Source of the DNA: Octopus sinensis
Lineage: Eukaryota
NCBI RefSeq assembly: GCF_006345805.1
Contig: NW_021836803.1
Location: 1-37,143, forward strand
Length of the DNA stretch: 37,143 nt
Reading direction: 5' to 3'
Part shown: positions 11,421 through 25,193 of the stretch, piece by piece
How the letters are laid out: every line of letters begins with the position of its first letter
Position numbering within the stretch: the stretch's first letter is position 1
Program-made: the position numbers and the translations under genes
Notes under the pieces: model-generated
Database searches by the model: none
Told to the model about the DNA's origin: nothing
What the model saw: the letters and a program-made list of their open reading frames with translations, nothing else

Positions 11421-11616
11421 ACAGAAGTAGGAAGAAAGAGTGAGAGAAAGTTGTGGTGAAAGGGTACAGCGGGGTTCACCACTCCCCCCGCCGGAGCCTC
11501 GTGGATCTTAAGTGATTTTGCTCAATAAACACTTACAATGCCCGGTCTGGGAATCGAAACAACGTTCTTACGACCGCGAGTCGGCTGCCCTAACCACTGC
11601 GCCATTGCGCCTCCAC
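11421..11616 (-). mobile_element. tRNA-derived SINE, family E, 5' half
   Basis: The reverse complement aligns with the first ~195 nt of the full copy at 30117-30500 (GTGGAGGCGCAATGG...GTTTCGATTCCCAGACCGGGC...CACAACTTTCTCTCACTCT). Confidence 0.85.
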
Positions 11617-13497
11617 GGTAGCTGTTGTTGTAGTGTTGTTACTAGCGGTAGCAGAGATGATGCTGGTAACGATCTTGTTGACGGTAATTATAGCGATGAC
11701 GGTGATGTGGATGGCAACTGTTGCTATAATGCTAGTGCTGTTGGTGTGAAACGATGGTAACGCTAGTGTTGACAGTGATAAGGATAATACTTATATTTGT
11801 GGTTGTTTAGTAACTCTCTTACGATGTAATTCATCCCGTAGCAGTAATAAATACTTACACCTGGAAGTGGGTGCACCTTGTATGTGATGGGTGGCCAAAA
11901 TGATGTATTATGCTATGGTTTGTTGAAAGATACACCAACCATCTCAAACAGATAGTCTATCATGACTGATGTTGAAATTACAGAACAAAGGGCAGATGAG
12001 CAACGATGCTGCCAAAAATTCCGAAACTCGAACGAAAATACGTTCTAAAACAAATAATAAGCAATAGAAAAACTAAGAAAAGGAGCTTTCGTTGCTGAAA
12101 TATGTGGGTCGTTAATAGAATCGGAAGTGTGAGAGACTTAACACCTTGCGTAGTTATTCCGTTTTAAAGAGTAAGTTGAAGTCCAACGAGGTGGGGTTTG
12201 TTCTTCGTATTTCTGAGTTCGTTCACTCGCATTTTGTCTTCAGTTCTTTGACTGACTCTTCTCCTTCCATGCGCTACCTTGTTGCTGCAGCTACTGTTGT
12301 GCTGTTGTTATTGTTGTTGATGATGATGATGACGACGACGACGATGACGACGACAATGAGGGTGATGATGACAACGATCATGATGATGACCTACCGTTTG
12401 GCAGGAAGAATATTTGTCTTTTTCAAACAGATAGAAGGCAAAGTTGGCCTCCATAGGATGAGAACACTAAACGCAGGGATCCAGAACAAATAACTACAGG
12501 GCACACATACACACACAAACACACACACACACACACACATTTATATATATATGTAAGTGTATATGTTTGTGTGTGTGTGCGTGTGTGTGTGCGTGTGTGT
12601 ATGCATGTGAGTGTGTAAGAGTGCATGTGTGTGCGTGCGTGCGTGTTTGGTTGACGTCAGCTGGGCCAAAAGAAGTGGAACCTCTGTAAAATGATTTATA
12701 TATATATATATATGCCTTATGGTATTACCTCGATGGTATTTTACGCATGCTATATCATTTAATATTATTGATATTATTGTAAACAATAATATCCTAATAT
12801 ATATTTTTATAATTTATTATTCACTTCGATCCTCTTTTCAAATTTGCTGCGGCATTAAAACGGTCATCGCGTCCATTGTTTGAGATAGGTAGTTTTAATG
12901 ACCCTTGGGTCAGTAAGACTCGCTGAGGATAAGTGACATTTTCACAACCTTTGAAATCGTGACGTATGTGGGGCTTCTCAAACTATGATTCATTTAGTCA
13001 TTGCTACGGGGGCTTAGAATTTCCGCTCATTCCCCCGATTTCAATTAATGCGTATCAGTGACATTTTATGGTTGTAGTCGTCTTTTGGCTGTTATTTTTA
13101 GCATGCTGGTTCCACTTGTAGTACCCTTAATTATTAATTAATAATTTTTTTACCTTATTGTATTAGCTTGATGGTTATTTGCGCATGTTATACCACATGA
13201 TAATATTGTGAAGAATAATAAACTTATATATATTATATATATATATATATATTATCAATAATAACAAAGGGTAAAACTAATTAATTAAATAGTAATCAAT
13301 AATTTCACCAAGTAGAATTCGGCATGAAAAAGGACCATTTCACAGTAAATTAAAGTAATACTTTATAATAGGGTTCAGCAAAGATTTGCTTTACCACATA
13401 CCGAAGTTTAGAAATAGCAGCCAAAACACCTTAGCTATTTCCTCTACTTTAAAAAGAGGCTCCCAGGAAAAAACAAATTACTCGAAAACAATCCACG

Positions 13498-13560
<63 letters not shown>

Positions 13561-13600
13561 TACAAACATACATACATACATACATATATATACATACATA

Positions 13601-13725
13601 ATATTCTTTTATTTGTTTCAGTCATTTGACTGTGGACTTGCCGGAGCACCACCATTAGTCGAACAAATCAACCCCGGGACTTATTCTTTGTAAGCGTAGT
13701 ACTAATTCCATCGGTTTCTTTGGCC
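13601..13725 (-). mobile_element. 3' fragment of family B SINE
   Basis: TTTGTTTCAGTCATTTGACTG...CCCCGGGACTTATTCTTTGTAAG matches the B tails at 24245 and 32800. Confidence 0.8.
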
Positions 13726-14050
13726 ATACATGTGTGAGTGTGTGCGTGCGCGCGCGTGTTTGTTTGTAACGTGTGAGAGAAGAAACGAAAGAAATGCGGA
13801 CAAACCACATTCCGTGAGGATGCAGCTGGTGAGGCTCAGGCGACAGAATTTAATCAAGTTCCTCATTTACCACCACCAGTTGGTCCTTTGGATTCTGTAG
13901 AGAGACCATTCTTTTGCAAGCATTTGCATCAGGCCTGTGGTTTCAGCATAATGTCCTCTTCTTTCCGTCCAACGTGCATGAACCCGACGAGCTAGGTTCC
14001 CGTAAAGAGACGAGCCTACGATACTTGCATCATCATCATCATCATCATCT

Positions 14051-14084
<34 letters not shown>

Positions 14085-14125
14085 CAATAATAACAACAAC
14101 AACAACAATAATAATAATAATAATA

Positions 14126-14221
<96 letters not shown>

Positions 14222-14231
14222 GTTATTATTT

Positions 14232-14582
14232 TCTTCTTCAAATCTCCTTCCGTTTCTCGCCGAGTGTTTTTCGTACACCTAGGGTAGAGAAGCTCATTGT
14301 ATGCATTCCCAGATTGCACACGCAAATTCACAGGTAAAATATATATTTAAAAAATTAATAAATAAATTAATTAATCAATGAATGTTGTTTTCACAGCGAT
14401 AATGCTCTTCTCAGTATATGAGCCATTCCAGTTAACACGATTTTTTGCACTTCCTATAGGGATGGTAAGCCTGGTATCATTTTCAAATAGGTTTCGGTAC
14501 CTTTTTTTAATCATTCCTAGAGATCCTACAATCACTGGTACTATAGTCGCCTTGAGATGCCACACTTTTTCAATTTCTATTA
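14232..14582 (-). mobile_element. 3' end of a Dong/R4-like non-LTR retrotransposon (ORF C-terminus + 3' UTR) followed by an (AAT)n tail
   Basis: IEIEKVWHLKATIVPVIVGSLGMIKK matches the C-terminal region of RLE-type LINEs. A short UTR ends GAAGAAGAAAATAAT and runs into (AAT)n at about 14130-14230. Confidence 0.8.
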
Positions 14583-14589
14583 ATAACAA

Positions 14590-14755
14590 TAATAATCCTT
14601 TATATAATAGGCACAAGGCCTGGCATTTGGGGGAGGGCAATAGTCGATTGCATCGACATAGTACTCAAGTGATACCCAATTTGTCGACCTCGAAAGCATG
14701 AAAGGTAAAGTCGAACTTGGTGAAATTTGAACTCAGAACGTATCGACGGACGAAT
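14590..14755 (-). mobile_element. diverged A'-type SINE, 5'-truncated
   Basis: AGGCACAAGGCCTGG, TAGTCGATT, GAAAGGTAAAGTCGA and AATTTGAACTCAGAACGT motifs. Confidence 0.7.
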
Positions 14756-14788
14756 GATAATGATGATGATGATGATAATGATGATGAA

Positions 14789-14820
<32 letters not shown>

Positions 14821-14843
14821 TAATAATAATAATAATAATAATA

Positions 14844-14891
<48 letters not shown>

Positions 14892-14894
14892 ATT

Positions 14895-15303
14895 TTAACT
14901 GATTGGAAGTATTACCTTCCACGTTGTTTTGTCTTGGTATAAAAGATGGGCTACAGCAAATATTCTGATTAATACCACAGATTTGCTTGTTAGTCGTTTG
15001 ACCTTAACCAGTAGAGCATATCCCTTAGTGGCTGACGATATGTGCATCTCTGATCACGAGCAGAAATTATGGTGGCGCATCATAGCTATGTGTTGAGAAG
15101 AATTCTTTGGGGTTTGGATAATTCACCTTTGGAAACATGAGTGTTTTGTTCATCATCCCTAAACCACACTTCTGATTAAGATGGGCTACTCGACCTGAAG
15201 AAAATTCTAACTGGGCCCCACCTGCACGGTCATGCACAGTTTATCTTGATATGAGATCACCATGTCGTTTACATATGGTTGTGATGCATGTGCCTGGCTG
15301 TAC
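14895..15303 (+). mobile_element. partial copy of non-coding element D
   Basis: The reverse complement aligns to the array units at 26841-29186 (TTAACTGATTGGAAG...GATGCATGTGCCTGG); its 3' part is missing. Confidence 0.9.
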
Positions 15304-15351
15304 AACAGAACAATTAAACAAGCAAAGCATAACAGATATGTTATGACTTAA

Positions 15352-15659
15352 AAGGTATGTGGGACCTGTAGAGATTCTCATTCGGTGTACGCAGGAAGAT
15401 GCACGAGCCACAACTTGATTTATGTTGGTTATACAACAGAACAATTAAACAAAAGTTTCAATGTGCACAGTTATGACGTAGGGCACGGTAACAGAAGTTC
15501 GACAGAACTTGCAGAAGATTTTGCATCAAACGGCTGTAATTATGAAAACAACTGCATATTTTCAGAAAATATTCTGTATCTGTTACACTTTCAGTACTCA
15601 AAATACACGAAGAGATATATGTTTGCGGGTTAGTACCATTGCACCATTGAGGAATGAAT
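15352..15659 (+). pseudogene. Penelope-like element GIY-YIG endonuclease remnant
   Basis: VCGTCRDSHSVYAGRCTSHNLIYVGYTTEQLNKSFNVHSYD...STELAEDF fits the PLE linker-Cys plus Y..C...YVGxT..L..RF..H pattern. A frameshifted T-I-A-P-L-G-M-N at 15635-15659 fits the PLE terminal T..P.G.N motif. Confidence 0.75.
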
Positions 15660-16013
15660 AAAACGACAGGAGAATTTCATCACATTTACACAAAACTGAT
15701 TAAATATCCCTTTTGTTTTTCCTTTTCCTTTTTCCTATTCTTTTCTTTTCTGTTTTTTTTTCTTTTTCTTTTTGCCAGTTATAAACTTGAAAATTGAAGA
15801 CTGATGATGTCATTCTATCTACGTGGGGACACTGGTTGTCCTCGTTCCTATTTTGGATTTGAATTTCTATAATTTCGAATTTCTATGTATCATGTTTCAT
15901 TTTGAACTCGACAACGACAAACTCCTTCATATTCACAGCTCGAATAACGCATAAATCGACATTCCAACCTGGCTTCAAAAATAATAATAATAATGCTAAT
16001 AATAATAATAATA

Positions 16014-16049
<36 letters not shown>

Positions 16050-17305
16050 CAACAACAACAACAACAACAAAATCTCAATTTTCAGGGTTGCACAATTAAA
16101 AACTTTCGGCAGAACTTTATTTCAAATGAGAGAAATTATTATCATCCGAATTTTGAGAGTGATGTGTAGAGCAACGAGCAAAATGAACTGCGACATTTAG
16201 TTATCACCATTTACGTTCTGATATCCAGTTTATTTTGCCACTAGAGATATGGTGGCTTCCATATTATCATTTATACATATGGCTCAAATTTGAACGTTTT
16301 GCCTATGTAAAACATCCCATCCTAACATTCGTGGTATGCCTTTCTCAAAAATCACTACTCTTCTGAGTTTCAACTGGTTATAATTTTTTAGTTAATTATT
16401 TCTGTAAAATCAAATATTTGTATTATGAGGTTCACTGATTGTAATCCTACGTCTCGTTGTTTAATGGTGCTTTAAGTATGACGGTTCAACTGATTGTAGC
16501 CTCAAATTAAATTGTTTAATAATATAATGTCAATGATTTCGAGTTACTGAGATACCAAAAATCACATATAAGGTTACAAAGAAAAATGAGAGAATCTACC
16601 ACTGAAAGGCGGAGCAAATGATGGCTTCTTATGTAGTCAACTGACGGGGTAGAACTAATAACTAAATTACTTCTGATCCCAACTTACTATATAACAACTG
16701 AGTGATTGAATTAACAATGTTCTTTATAGCAGTAGGAAGACAGGATGGTAAGGATTGAAATGCATTTGACTATATGCCTGTTTGATAATGCTTGAATTGT
16801 GGGCAACAACTAAAATATATACCTTGAAAGCACTTGGAACAATGTATATAATGTTAAGCACAGAAATAAGTACAATGAAAGATTAAGTGTAGAGATATAT
16901 AAAAAAAATTGTGTGCCCTACTCAGATAACAGGGCTGCTGATGATTATGATGGATACATCTGGTGAATTTTAGGAATATCTACTCAACTCTGAGGTAGCC
17001 TTCTGAGAGAAATTGCAAGAAAAAATTCCAGTCATATCTTGCCAAAAGGACTACTCCAAAACATGAACTGGTCCAGTGGAAAGTAAATATATATATCACA
17101 ATCCCAACTATAATCCATTGAAGGGAAGATGCACCCTCAGGCATGAATTCACTGAAACATCTATAAACCTACATGCAAAAATATATTGTAAAAATCAAAC
17201 AAACACACACTATAAAAGGATTTGTGTGAATATTCCCTACACCGGGATTACATAGAAACGCATACATATACATACATACACACATACCTACACGCACATA
17301 CATAT

Positions 17306-17349
<44 letters not shown>

Positions 17350-18064
17350 ATATATATATATATATATGTAAATATATATATATATGTATATATATATATA
17401 CATACATACATACATATGTGCATGTGTATATATGTATGTGTGTATGTCTCTGTGTGTTTATGCGTGTGTATATGAAAGAGCTGTGTGTATTTAAAGTATA
17501 AAACTTTAAAAAAGGCATTAGCACTACAACACATATGCATTAGCTGATGCAAGCACAGATCTAAGACAATATACACACTCACAATTCTACCCACAATTAT
17601 ACACATGCAACAACAAACACAAGTATGCATATATGCATGTATATTTTTGTATATACTCATACACGTTGCAGCATTTCAAGAATAATTTATATACGTGGGT
17701 ATGAAAGCCGTAACAAAATCCATTAACTACATATAACATACACACCAATATGATTATATGAATAAATTTATTAAATACACCGCTCTCTGTATATATATCT
17801 CCATACGGTGCTCTATACTGACACACACCAAGTAACAGATACACAAATGCATATACAAATACATACACGCATAGAGAACCATAGGGCACACATACATACA
17901 CATGTTGGTCACCAAATTTTGTTGTTATTTAAAACATGCCAAATATAAGGCATTAAAGTTGAAAGAATATGCATGTGTTAATATCCACATGCACGTTCAA
18001 CCATACAGATGTTTGTACACGCACCCAAAAGTATTGAGTTATACATATGCGAGAATACATATAC

Positions 18065-18143
<79 letters not shown>

Positions 18144-18559
18144 CACACAAGCACGTATGTAAGTATGTATATATGTACAACGAAATACGCAGACCCACAC
18201 ACAACCGCGCACACTCAGCTACAATTTTCCATGTGCATGGAATACATTAAAAAATAACTGAGTGAAAATCGCAAACGAAGCCAAAAAGACTATAAAAACG
18301 AGAAAAAAAAACCCGTATGAGAATGTATAGGGAAGTTGTGCAATGCACGAGAACAGCAAAAGGCAGCCATATTATGTATCATCGTATATATATATATGTC
18401 TACATATGTGTGCGTTCGCGAGTTTGTGTGTACATACGTATACGTAAAAAATGCAACTTGAATTGCCATCCCCTCTCTCCAAGAAAAAAAACTATTCGAA
18501 TGAAAAACAAAAGTTTAAAAAAATTAAAAAAAAGAAAAGCAGTCTGGCAAGCTTTTATT

Positions 18560-18711
18560 TAGTCATAAAGCCAGATGATATGATGATAGTTTATAGTATG
18601 GCCACCAAAATACGCCACGCTTCGAAGATTGTAAGCATTAAAGTTTCATGTATATATTCCATTTTGGATTCAGATTTGGTTTGTTTATTTTTACATTCAT
18701 ATTATTATTCA

Positions 18712-18775
<64 letters not shown>

Positions 18776-19156
18776 GTTATTATTATAACTTTATTTATTT
18801 TTCGTTCTTTACTGACGATATTTATCATATGGGGGAAAAATAAGTAAGAAAATATATATAAACTTTAAATCAAATTAAATATAGAATAAAAATAAAAATG
18901 GATGGAATATAAAATTGATACTTTTTTTTTATATTCGATTTTGTTTTTTTATCTCTATTTATTTTTTGGTTTTAGTTTAGGGTGGCGGTTTTCATTTTAT
19001 ATAAAATTCTCTGTCGTTTCTCTCGTTCTTTCACAAGCATATTCGTTGTTGTTCCTGCTGCTGTTGCTGCTGGTGTTTTGTTGTTGATGTTGATATTTTC
19101 TGTTTGTTTATACATAACTTTGTTTCAGTTTTGTTTATTTATATATCTATTTATTC

Positions 19157-19188
<32 letters not shown>

Positions 19189-19211
19189 CATCAACATTAT
19201 TATTATTATTA

Positions 19212-19242
<31 letters not shown>

Positions 19243-19304
19243 CATCATCATCGTCATTATTATTATTATTATTATCATCATCATCATCATTATTATTATT
19301 ATTA

Positions 19305-19341
<37 letters not shown>

Positions 19342-19686
19342 TCATTATTATTATTATTATTATTATTATTTATTTGTGTTTCTTTTGTAAATTGTGTCGA
19401 TTATGCTTGTTTTTGAAAATTTGGTTAGCAACTGTCTCTTTGTGCTTGCGTGTGTCTTTCAGTTTCTGTATTTACGCATGTGTATTAAAGCGAATATGTA
19501 ATTGTGTACGCTTACGTTGTTAAAATCATGTGTGTTGGCACGATTGCGTGTATGTGTCTCCGTGAGGTTGTGCATGCGTATTACGCGCGTTTTTTTTTCT
19601 ATTTTTTGTAATACTTTGATTGTTTGATATTTATGTACAGATTTATATTAATTTGTGTTTATTTTATACACACACATAGATAGATA

Positions 19687-19749
<63 letters not shown>

Positions 19750-19786
19750 ATACATATACATATATATATAGATATATATAGATATC

Positions 19787-19818
<32 letters not shown>

Positions 19819-20507
19819 CATATACTATATATATATATATATATAATATTATATTATATAATATATATATATATTATATATATATATATATATATACGTA
19901 TATGTATGTGTGTATGCATATATATATATACATATATACACATACATATATATATGTATATATATATATATCGATGCAAAATATATGCATATGTATATAT
20001 GTATGTATTTACATTTGTCCATAAATGTATATATGTGTATATGCGTCTGTTTATGTGTATATATGAAGAGCAGTACACTTGCTATTTCAATGAATTTTTC
20101 AATCCGTGTACAATCCAAGGATCTCTGGATTTGTGATATTTATAAAATAAAATATAACAAAATTCTTTAAAAGTGAGTTTAAATGTTTTGCAAGAACTGG
20201 AAACAAAACACTGCTACTGATGTAGCGGCTGCTACCACCACTAATACTAACACTAAAACTAATATTGATGATGATGATGATGATGACTATGACGATGATG
20301 ATGATGATGGTAATCATGACGATGACGACAGTGACGAAGACGATGACGATGATGCTAGTGAAGCTAGTGGTTGTGGTCGTAATGATGATGATGTTGATGG
20401 TGGTGGTGATGATGAAGAAGATGATGTTGATGATGATGATGATGATGGTGATTCTACTACTACTACTACTGCTACTACTACTACTATTACTGCTACTACT
20501 ACTACTA

Positions 20508-20538
<31 letters not shown>

Positions 20539-20555
20539 ACTACTACTACTACTAC

Positions 20556-20596
<41 letters not shown>

Positions 20597-21059
20597 GAGT
20601 AATAATAACAATAATCATTATCATCATCATCATCTACACAATAACAACAATAACGTGAAAAAGTTGGAAAATTACAATAACAACATACCATTAGTAACTA
20701 AATATCTCCAAATATTAAAGCCAAAACGAGCACGAAAACAAATACAATATATAAACACTTTACTATAAAATATTTTGCTGTTAAAATCATTCTTGATTTT
20801 GATGTTGTTATTGATTCAGTCGTTTTATCCTTGGTATTTTTGATGTGCTATCGTGTATGCATGTGCGCATTCCACGTGTATATGCGTATACGGATGTGTA
20901 CGTGTGTGTGTGTGTGTGTGTGTGTATCTGTTTGCGTGTGCATGCGTGCGTGTTTACATCTTGGCATATACACATTTAAAATGCGACATCCTTTGTTTGG
21001 AATTTAATATCACTTTAGTATGTGCATATGTATGTACGATGTATGTATGCATTATATAT

Positions 21060-21115
<56 letters not shown>

Positions 21116-21137
21116 ATATATTATATATATGTATATG

Positions 21138-21187
<50 letters not shown>

Positions 21188-21299
21188 TGAATGTATATGT
21201 GTGTGTATACACCATATTTGTATACTTATATATACTAGAACTACGTATAAAAAACTACCAATTTATGTTTTTGTTTGTGCAAATGCAGCACTGAAACCG

Positions 21300-21335
<36 letters not shown>

Positions 21336-22264
21336 TTATTATTTTTATATATTATTATTATTATTATATTTATTATATATTATTATTATTATTATCATTA
21401 TTATTATTATTATATTATTATTATTATATTATTTTATTATATATTATTATTATTATTATTATCATTATTATAAATATTATTATTAGCATTAAAGTTATTA
21501 TTAATATTTTTTCTCATATATTTTTTTTCTTTCCGAATTTGTTGCATGAATAAGTTTAAAATTACAGAGAGAGGAAATTATAAATATTATTATCCTTGTT
21601 GCTCAATAGTAAAATAGTAGTAGCAGTCGCAGTGGCAGCAGCAGGAGCAGATTCAGGATTGGAGCCATTTTCTCTATTATTTTTTCTCCATATTTTAAAG
21701 TTAGAGGATTTCAAATGCATTCATTGAAATACACATAAGGCACACACACATACCCACTTATACATATACGCATATATATATTTTATGAATATACATATGT
21801 ATATATATGATTTTTTTTATTATCAGAATATCCGATCAGTTTTAACAACTATGACATATATTATATATTGATATATATGTTAAAGAATTATATGTATATA
21901 CTCACTGGCATACACACATACACAAATAAGCATATATACACTTAAGTGCATATAACAACAGTGAATGACACACTCATAAAATGGCGAATGTATACATGGA
22001 TTTGTGTGCATGTTTATGTATCTATATGTGCTGGTACATTCATTGTATGTGTGGAAATATCTTTTGAAAATAATGTGTATATAAATGTGTATTATTAAGA
22101 ATTAAGTATACAAATACGTTTCTAGATTAGAGCTCTTTGAATGTGCCACAGCGCTCGCGGATGGAAGGAACTATAATGCTTTTAGGCTTCTAAAGATCTA
22201 AAGAATTATAAAACACACTGTAACCAACAGAAACGTATTCACATATGTATAAATATACATGCGC

Positions 22265-22305
<41 letters not shown>

Positions 22306-22500
22306 TATACATATATATGTGCATGTAAGTATACATATATATATATATGTATATATATATGAATTTATAGGCACAAACATAGATGTTCGTGTGTGTATGT
22401 ATGTATGCACGTATGAATTTATAGACATTTCATATGTATATAAATATATATTCAAACATATATGAACACAAATACACTCACGTTTATATATGCATGTATA
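18560..22500. repeat. near-continuous compound microsatellite field: (TTA)n, (TCA)n, (TA)n, (GAT)n, (CTA)n, (TG)n
   Basis: Visible directly, with only short unique spacers; the ORFs here are low-complexity artefacts. Confidence 0.9.
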
Positions 22501-22806
22501 TACACATACTCATGCACATCCTATGTTGAGGATTTAATTCTCTAGAATGACATTGACATTTAAAATATCAGAATAACCTGGTCAATTATCTGCCTTTAAA
22601 TATTCTAAATTATGGATACGCTGCAACACACACACACACACACACATTTAGACATACATATAGATCCCTATATCTACATATTTTATTCTTTATATACGCA
22701 CAATAATCTATTTTACCAGTGAAGTATATATATATATATACATATCGACACATACATCAAACATACATGCATTGTATGGAAACATTCGGATACACCCACC
22801 CGAATA

Positions 22807-22844
<38 letters not shown>

Positions 22845-24244
22845 CATACATAGATACATACATATATATATATATATGTACACAGCAGCATGACAGATAC
22901 ATTCATATACACCCGTGCACACACACATTCACACTCACACGCATGTCTACATTCATCGATTGAAACATATGCACACTTGTATATGCACACTGAAGCGCAT
23001 ATGTAATTCCACACGTTCACATTTATAACCCTGCTTATGATCCTTCAGACATTTTCATAGTACATACAATCTGATTTCATCTAAACAACGACCCTAAAGC
23101 ATTACATAAAATCTCTCGGGTCTACAGTGAATTTTACCGCGGGAAAGGGCTGAGAGTTGGGCACAGATGTACCTAATGCATCGCTGAAAATATGATGTCA
23201 GTTTCCACGATATCTACCTATACTTACTAAGATGATTCCACCTAAATGTAAGTACTACGTGCTGGTAAACATCTTCCCATTCTTAGTAACGTGTGTAGCT
23301 CTAGGCTGACTTGTTTTATTAGGATATTTAGCTCACCTTCTCTGGTCTGAGTTTAATCTTGCTTGTGGCTTCAAGCTTACTTTTCGTCTTTCTCTAAGCT
23401 AATAGTACACATAGCAGTCTTTCTATTTATTAAAATGTGTTAGGCGTTAAAGAAAATTGAGATGGAGAGTGTCAGCGTGGGAGATGGAAGTTCCCAAAGT
23501 ATTCGATACGTGATTGGAGAGGTCGATTGAGTTGTTCCTCAGAATTAGATTGCATTTATTTAGAATGATTCTCGGTTCTGGGTATTTGACAACATGAAAG
23601 TTTGAAGATATGGAGAAAAAGGCATTTGTGTAATTTTTGAAAGTAAAATTTACTGAGTATGTAATGCGAGCGGACAGAAGCAAGAGCAGTGGATGGTCCG
23701 GTGTATCTCGCTCATATCAAGCGACATCAACCAATGTAGTTGTGAAAAATAGAAAGAAACAGTTTCACTTTCACTTTAATAGTTTTGTTTCTTGTTTTGA
23801 ACGTGTGTCGGGTGAATCTATTAAGCTCATGACTGAGAAGGGCGCTCATATTTGTAGGGTATTGTCGGTGCTTTTGAAGTACAATGTATAAGGTAACACA
23901 GTCTGCAATCGTTCATCAGTCAAAATACTCATACACCCATTAAATGTGTATAGCTTTATACTTATAATATGCGATCTTTCTATGAGTGATTTTCATTCTC
24001 AGTTACATTTGCGCTTCGTAAAAAGACGAATACTGATGAAATAGTATTTCATCCTTCATGCGAAAACCCAGTATTTGTATTTCTGTTTTGATAATGTCAA
24101 ATATACGGCAGATTGGCATGAAATTCTCTGGGTTAGCTTTTGCAGAGATTTCAAGGGTATTAATTGTATGTGAGCATTTTGTAACGATATGTGAAAGTAC
24201 TTCTAGTAATGGGGGCATTGTGTACTTGGTAAACTAGTTTACTA

Positions 24245-24658
24245 TTTACTATTTTACTTGTTTCAGTCATTTGACTGCAGCCATGCTGGAGCACCGCCTT
24301 TAGTCGAGCAACTCGACCCCGGGACTTATTCTTTTTGTAAGCCCAGTACTTATTCTATCGGTCTCTTTTTGCCGAACCGCTAAGTGACAGGGACATAAAC
24401 ACACCAGCATCGGTTGTCAAGCAATGCTAGGGGAACAAACACAGACACAGACACACAAACACACACACATACATATATATATATATACATATATACGACA
24501 GGCTTCTTTCAGTTTCCGTCTACCAAATCCACTCACAAGGCATTGGTCGGCCCGGGGCTATAGCAGAAGACACTTGCCCAAGATGCCACGCAGTGGGACT
24601 GAACCCGGAACCATGTGGTTGGTTAGCAAGCTACTTACCACACAACTAATCCTGCGCC
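24245..24658 (-). mobile_element. family B SINE, full length
   Basis: Reverse complement of the 9329 copy, including the internal TG/TA microsatellite. Confidence 0.92.
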
Positions 24659-24689
24659 TTACGTATGTTTGTTATACATGTATATGTAA

Positions 24690-24877
24690 CTGGTTTCAAA
24701 TTTTGGCCCAAGGCCAGCAATTTCGGGTGAAAATATACATCAAACATAGTTGCTCAGCTGGTACTTGTTTTATTGAGCCCTAAAGGATGAAAGGTACATT
24801 CAGCCTGAGCAGAAAATTAATTTAAAACGTGAAGAAAGACGAAATGTCGCCAAGCATGTTTTCAGCTCGTTGCCTTG
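24690..24877 (-). mobile_element. diverged A'-type SINE
   Basis: TTTCAAATTTTGGCCCAAGGCCAGCAATTT (reverse of the A' tail), CTGGTACTT and AAAGGATGAAAGG. Confidence 0.65.
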
Positions 24878-25043
24878 TGTGTAAATGTAACTGTACCGCA
24901 TTTATACATATAATGGTGTAAGCATTCCATCTTGGAGCAAGGAATTGTGTTGTAGGAAAATATTTAGAAAACTTCACTATAATCCTGATTGGCTTTGAAG
25001 GGTGGAAGTTAGTCTGCTTCACCTTTTATTAGAAAACATTTTC

Positions 25044-25193
25044 AGAAATGACGGACTGAGACCGATCCTTAAGTCGAAATTAAACGGACAGAATAAGATT
25101 CAAGCTATCAACACATGGGCGGTTTCACTACATAGATATGGAGCAGGGGTAATTCCTTGGACAGCAGATGAACTAAAGAGCTTAGACAGAAAG
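25044..25193 (+). pseudogene. inverted duplicate of the Dong/R4-like RT C-terminal segment
   Basis: Encodes GLRPILKSKLNGQNKIQAINTWAVSLHRYGAGVIPWTADELKSLDRK; roughly 90% identical by eye to the reverse complement of 26215-26364. Confidence 0.85.

Noticed and set aside
18562-18630. Plus-strand AG/GT-bounded mini-exon candidates here and at about 7077-7140
   Set aside because: Short, with no recognisable protein similarity; such sites are expected by chance.
24003-24218. Non-repetitive 71-aa minus-strand ORF, and neighbouring ORFs at 23447-23891
   Set aside because: No recognisable domain and only weak splice signals; cannot be supported without homology or RNA data.
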